Shown here piece by piece: positions 58,784 through 64,000 of a DNA stretch of 64,000 nucleotides (position 1 is its first letter; every line of letters begins with the position of its first letter). Under the pieces are notes generated by a model that was not told where the DNA came from, made no database searches, and was given only the letters and a program-made list of their open reading frames with translations. The stretch lies in assembly GCF_009914755.1 (NCBI RefSeq), contig NC_060939.1, one strand, 5' to 3'. Source of the DNA: the human T2T-CHM13v2.0 reference genome, Homo sapiens. The translations under genes and the position numbers were made by a program.

Positions 58784-59831
58784 TAAAAGAATTAGAAAAG
58801 ATCAATAGGAAAAAAAGAAAATGAGACCGGGTGCAGTGGTTCATGCCTGTAATCCCTGGACTTTGGGTGGCTGAGGCAGGAGGACTGCTTGAGCTCAGAA
58901 GTTCAAGACCAGCCTGGACAACATGGTGAAACCCTGTCTCTACAAAAAACACAAAAATTAGCTGGGCGTGGTGGCACATGCCTATGGTCCCAACTGCTCA
59001 GGAGGCTGAGGTGGGAGGATCACCTGAGCCTGGGGAGGCTAAGGCTGCAGTGAGCCATAACTGCACCACTGCACTCCAGCCTGGACAACAAAGTGAGACC
59101 CTGTCTCAAAAAAAAAAAAAAAAAAAAAAAGAGAAAGAAAAAGAGAAAATTAAAATACCAAAATCACAGATTTGTGTTTTGTTGTCCATGGTATTTATTC
59201 CTAAATTACTCTTATTTTCACTGATCCTTAGCAGCAGATACGAGTGTGGAAGCATTTTTTTTCATCTTTGCATAAACAGTAATTCAAAGGACGCTTTGTT
59301 TTGATTCCTCAACTATTATCCTATGCCAATGCATTCTGTACATATCTCTCCATCTCCACAGGGACTGAGATAAGTTAGTTGTTTATGTACTAAGAATAAA
59401 GTAGAGCATTATGCCTGCTTGATAGAAAAAGCACAATAGTGAACACAATATGATATTAATCAAATGGAATCCAATTACTAGATTATAGAACCACATATGA
59501 AAAGATTCAGCTCTATCAGCAGTGAATTTCCTATCTCCTTTATAACAGACTGTGCCCCCTTTTTAATGTTCAAGGTCTAAATATAAATTCTTGATTTCCT
59601 AATGCTTATCTTCCCCAAAATAGTAAAGTGTGAAATAGCTTCACTGAAAGTCTGAAGAGACTTAGCATGTCATGACTCCACAAGAATGCTTTACATTTCT
59701 TATCAATTTGTTCAGACTCTATTTTATATAAACCTCACCTTTCCTATATCCCACTTGATTGAATCATAGCAAATATAAACTGATGTATTATCCTATACCC
59801 ATGATTTAAGTCTAACAGGTTTGGATGTGAC

Positions 59832-60480
59832 TTTTTTTCCCCCAAGCACATCCACCCACAGTGGCTTTATTCAGTCACATCCCCACCCCCACAGCTCCCT
59901 CCACCAGGCAGACAGGTGGGAGGCCACGCCACGGCAGTACCCGGGGACCATGGGCCAGCAAAGGGTCCCGGCCAGAGGGCACCAACCCCAGGAAGACACG
60001 GTCCCCACCCGGAGCTTCCCTGGGCTGCCTCGGCCCCTGAGCCCACCCTGAGGATCTGTGCTTTGACTCTGACAGGGAGCAGCAGGAAGCCGCCAGCCCA
60101 CTGACCCCCTGGGTATCCTTGGAAGGCACACGGTGGAGTGGTGACTCCAGCTCCTGAGCGGCGCTTCCTCAGCTCCCATGCCCCTGCATGGTGCTGGGCT
60201 CGGCCCAAGATGTCCAACCGCAGTCTGGCTCTGACAAGGATGGTCACGGCCTAGCCACAGGGGCGGCTTTGCCCATCAGTCCCCCTGGGGCAGCAACTGG
60301 ATCCCGGCAGGGGCAGAGCCGGGATGGGCCCTCTCTATGGGCTTAAGATCAATGTAGGCGGAGGCTCACTGGGCCAAGGCCAATGAACCCACTCATAGGA
60401 GCCCTCTGAGGGCACCGGTAGGGGGTCTGCTAAGGGCAGGTGCCCGTGGCCTGGAACCTGCCTTTGCCAAGGCACTGAAA
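59832..60480 (-). pseudogene. Putative 5'-truncated retrocopy of an unidentified GC-rich mRNA 3'UTR
   Basis: Abrupt GC-rich block with about 20 CpGs in an AT-rich intron; minus strand ends ...gtgactgAATAAAgccactgtgggtggatgtgcttgggggAAAAAAA; degenerate TSD gtgactttt (59827-59835) / gcgactctt (60481-60489); no resemblance to Alu, L1 or LTR consensus that I recognise. Confidence 0.7.
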
Positions 60481-61383
60481 GCGACTCTTAAACTCTATTA
60501 AGAAACTAATGATAGTATGTAGGAAGGCTTTGGGAAAAAATGTGGCTTCAAGGCCGGGTGTGGTGGCTCACGCCTGTAATCCCAGCACTTTGGGAGGCTG
60601 AGGCGGGAGGATCACGAGGTCAAGAGATCGAGACCATCCTGGCCAACATGGTGAAACCCCGTCTCTACTAAAAATACAAAAATTGGCTGGGCGTGGTGGC
60701 GTGCACCTGTAGTCCCAGCTACTCGGGAGCCTGAGGCAGGAGAATTGCTTGAATCTGGGAGGCGGAGGTTGTGGTGGCCGAGATTGTGCCACTGCACTCC
60801 AGTCTGCCAATAGAGCGAGACTCTGTCTCAAAAAAAAAAAAAAAAAAAAAAAAAATATGGCTTCATGCTACTTAATTCAAATTATGAAATATAAGTGTCT
60901 TGTTACAAAAATACATTTAAATGAAGAAAATATAATGGACTCCATTAAAAACAATTACCAAAAATATATATATTGAAAGGGAAATCAAAGTTGGCTTGGA
61001 TAAAGATAGGGAAGAATCACCATTCTTAATTTTTTCCATGTAATATTGCACCTTGTCCCTATAACGAACAAATGCACTAACTTAAAAAATCTAAGTGATC
61101 CCTCACTGCTACATTTTTCTGTGCAAAATTTTCAATATGGCAGAGAATTTGATAGTAGGCTTCCCTTTAGAGCTGGTTTCTGCCTGCTAATCTCTCTTAA
61201 ACTGCCTCAGTCTTCCTTTCCCCTTTCCGTTAATTTTTAGGTGACTTTGGTTTCCCCTCACTTCTTCTCTCAAACTATAAAAGAAAGAAAAATTACTGAA
61301 CACTTCTGAGTTGATTCTTTTCTTTTTTCCTTGAACCTCTATAACTTACATCATGCTGTTCCTTTAATATAGATACTAAAGGA

Positions 61384-61388
<5 letters not shown>

Positions 61389-61414
<26 letters not shown>

Positions 61415-61427
61415 AACACACACACAC
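61389..61427. repeat. (TG)13-AA-(CA)5 inverted dinucleotide repeat
   Basis: Read directly. Confidence 0.9.
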
Positions 61428-61859
61428 TTTTTAGAGACAGGGTCTCACTCTGTTGCCCAGGCTGGAGTGCAGTGGTGCAACCATGGCTCACTGCAGCCTC
61501 AAACTCCTGGACTCAAATGATCTTCCCACTTCAGCTTCCTGATTACCTAGGATTACAGGTGCATACCACCACGCCTGGCTAATTTTTTGTAGACAATCTT
61601 GCTGTATTGCCCAGGCTGGTCTCAAACTCCTGCTCTCAAGTTATCCTCCCACCTCAGCCTCCCAAAGCTCAGCCTCCCAGGCATAATCCACCGTGCCCAG
61701 CTTTTTAAAAATATTTTTTTTAACTTATGTTGCATATGGCCACAATCATAGTTAAAAAGAGATCAACATAAAAAAATTACCAGACCAAATGGCATGAGCC
61801 ACACTAATACACTGAAATACTAATAGTCCTCATACAAGTCAAATTATTCTGGGCCATCA

Positions 61860-62135
<276 letters not shown>

Positions 62136-62848
62136 TTAGTAAGAAGTCCAATTAAGTCCTGAAGCAACAGAAACAATTTAACTGCTTTCAACATAAGTAA
62201 ACTGCTCTTTGCCAAATTAGAGATTAGAGCCTCCAAAGATTTATTCAGTTGGAAAAAAATTGGAAGAGCAGAACTGTATTTTCTAAAGGTAGAGAAACAG
62301 CTCTTATAAAATGCTAATGACCTACATAACTTCACTTCCTGTAAAAGATGCAGCAAATGCTCACAGCTAGAAGGGGTTCAGGTTCTAATTAAAAACCAGA
62401 CTGAACACAGAAAGAATAAAATTCAGAGGAACAGATCTAACCTAACAAGCTTTGATGCTTGGAAAAGGAACCAAAGAAGTACTTTTGTGTTGATAGGTAT
62501 GTGTATGTGTTTGTGTTGTGTGTATGTGTGATATGATACCATGTACCTGGAGTGATAATTTCCAGTTTTCTGAACTTCCATTTATAACAAGTATTTTCAG
62601 TAGCAATGGGATAGATAAACAAGGATCACAACTAGAAAAACTACCCTGGATACTCAATATTAATGAAATAATAATATCTGATTTGGGTACATTACATCTC
62701 TCCAATAACCTAATGAGGCAGGATAGAAGGCCATTGCCTCAATTTTACATGCAAGAAAAATGAACGGGTGGTGGCATGGAGTGACCTGAGACTTTTCAGA
62801 AAGTCACAAAGCAAGTTAGATGTAATTTTAAATGAAGTCTCATAATTC

Positions 62849-62921
62849 TGGTCCTCTTGTAGGACCAGACAGAATTGGCATTTTTGGTCCTCTTGTAGGG
62901 CCACAGAGAACTGGCATTTTT
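62849..62921. repeat. 36-bp tandem duplication (2 copies)
   Basis: tggtcctcttgtaggaccagacagaattggcatttt / tggtcctcttgtagggccacagagaactggcatttt. Confidence 0.9.
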
Positions 62922-63149
62922 GTTGGTTAAAAATGGTTACTCAGAGGCATAGTTCACCTTAATATATATTACTTTAATATCTCAAACCACTTCATTTTGT
63001 TAATACAAATAAAACAAACGAGAAAGAAACAAGATAATGGGATAAACTATTTTACAAATAAAAAAGTAAGGAAAGATGGAAGCCTACACTGTTTCCTACT
63101 CTTATTTTCACAATCATTTACAAAGTTCTCTTAACTATTTAGATACTTA

Positions 63150-63242
<93 letters not shown>

Positions 63243-63883
63243 TTATAAATTAAAAGGAAAAAGAAAGAAAAATCATGAATGAGTTTAGTCTGACATACAG
63301 TTTTCTAGCATTTATTTATTTATTTTTGACAGTCTCACTCTGTCACCCATGCTGGAGCACAGTGGCATGATCATCTGTAGCTTCCATCTCCCAGGCTCAA
63401 GCGATCCTCCCAATCTCCGCCTCCCAAGTGACTACAGGCATGTGCCACCATGCCTGCCTAGTTTTTAAACAATTTTTTTGTAAAGATGGGGTCTTCCTCT
63501 GCTGGCCAGGCTGGTCTTGAACTCCTTAAGAGATCCTCCCACCTTGGCCTACCAAAGTGCTGGGATTACAGACATGAGCCACTGTGCCCAAGCTTTCTAG
63601 CTTTTTAATACTATACATGATCATTTTAGGAAACTTGGAATATGCTAATAAGCAATGAATGATTAACTGAAGTTTCGCCATCCAGATAACCACTGTTAAC
63701 ATTTGGGTGATATTCTTCTGTTCCCCATATAAATATTACATATATAGAATTTTTTTAAGAGGATGACATAATACTAGCCTGCATCTTGCCTTTGCACCTA
63801 ATAGATCATGAACATCTTTCTATAACAGTAACTTTCCCTCTATTTTGCCATGTTTAATGACTGCATAAATGTTCTCTTGATAA

Positions 63884-64000
63884 GGCAGCATATGTTAGTG
63901 AATAAGAGTAAATGATCTGAAGCCAAGCTGCCTGGGTTTGAATCCTAGCTCTGCCACTTACTGTTACTGCAACCTTGTGTGAAAGCTAAACCTCTCTGTA
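63884..64000 (+). mobile_element. MIR
   Basis: ctgcctgggtttgaatcctagctctgccacttact core. Confidence 0.85.

Noticed and set aside
59821-60247. Overlapping ORFs and a possible CpG-island promoter in the GC-rich block
   Set aside because: Open frames on both strands are expected at high GC; the poly(A) signal, tail and TSD favour a retroposed UTR over a promoter or gene
62849-62921. Palindromic 36-bp repeat superficially like a CRISPR repeat
   Set aside because: Two adjacent copies, no spacers, no cas genes, eukaryotic intron

Overview
This is primate (very likely human) genomic DNA, dense in Alu (about 60 copies or fragments by manual count), L1, LTR and DNA-transposon remnants. The minus strand carries the 3' part of UBR1, the N-degron E3 ubiquitin ligase. 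I reconstructed 14 coding exons from 63241 down to the stop at 18441. All have GT-AG boundaries and consistent phases, giving 1493 coding nt (about 497 codons) ending ...[46 protein letters not shown]. Exon numbers 34-47 assume the known 47-exon structure. A repeat-free 3'UTR of about 2.4 kb ends near 16015. Downstream on the same strand is a full-length processed FDPS pseudogene (12364-13536) with a 13-bp TSD, followed by intergenic repeats including an ERVL integrase remnant, an MST solo LTR and MER6A. I found no convincing new protein-coding gene or new multi-gene system. The best candidate for something undescribed is a GC/CpG-rich 640-bp retroposed 3'UTR-like insert in UBR1 intron 35, in sense orientation with its own AATAAA. 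It lies in an intron that ends at a rare GAG acceptor and could act as an alternative terminal exon removing the C-terminal domain. Also notable are a twin-primed inverted L1, an L1 pair bracketing the in-frame block of exons 41-46, a 55-bp templated duplication flanking exon 38, and closely spaced inverted Alu pairs. Repeat boundaries and subfamilies were assigned by eye and are approximate.
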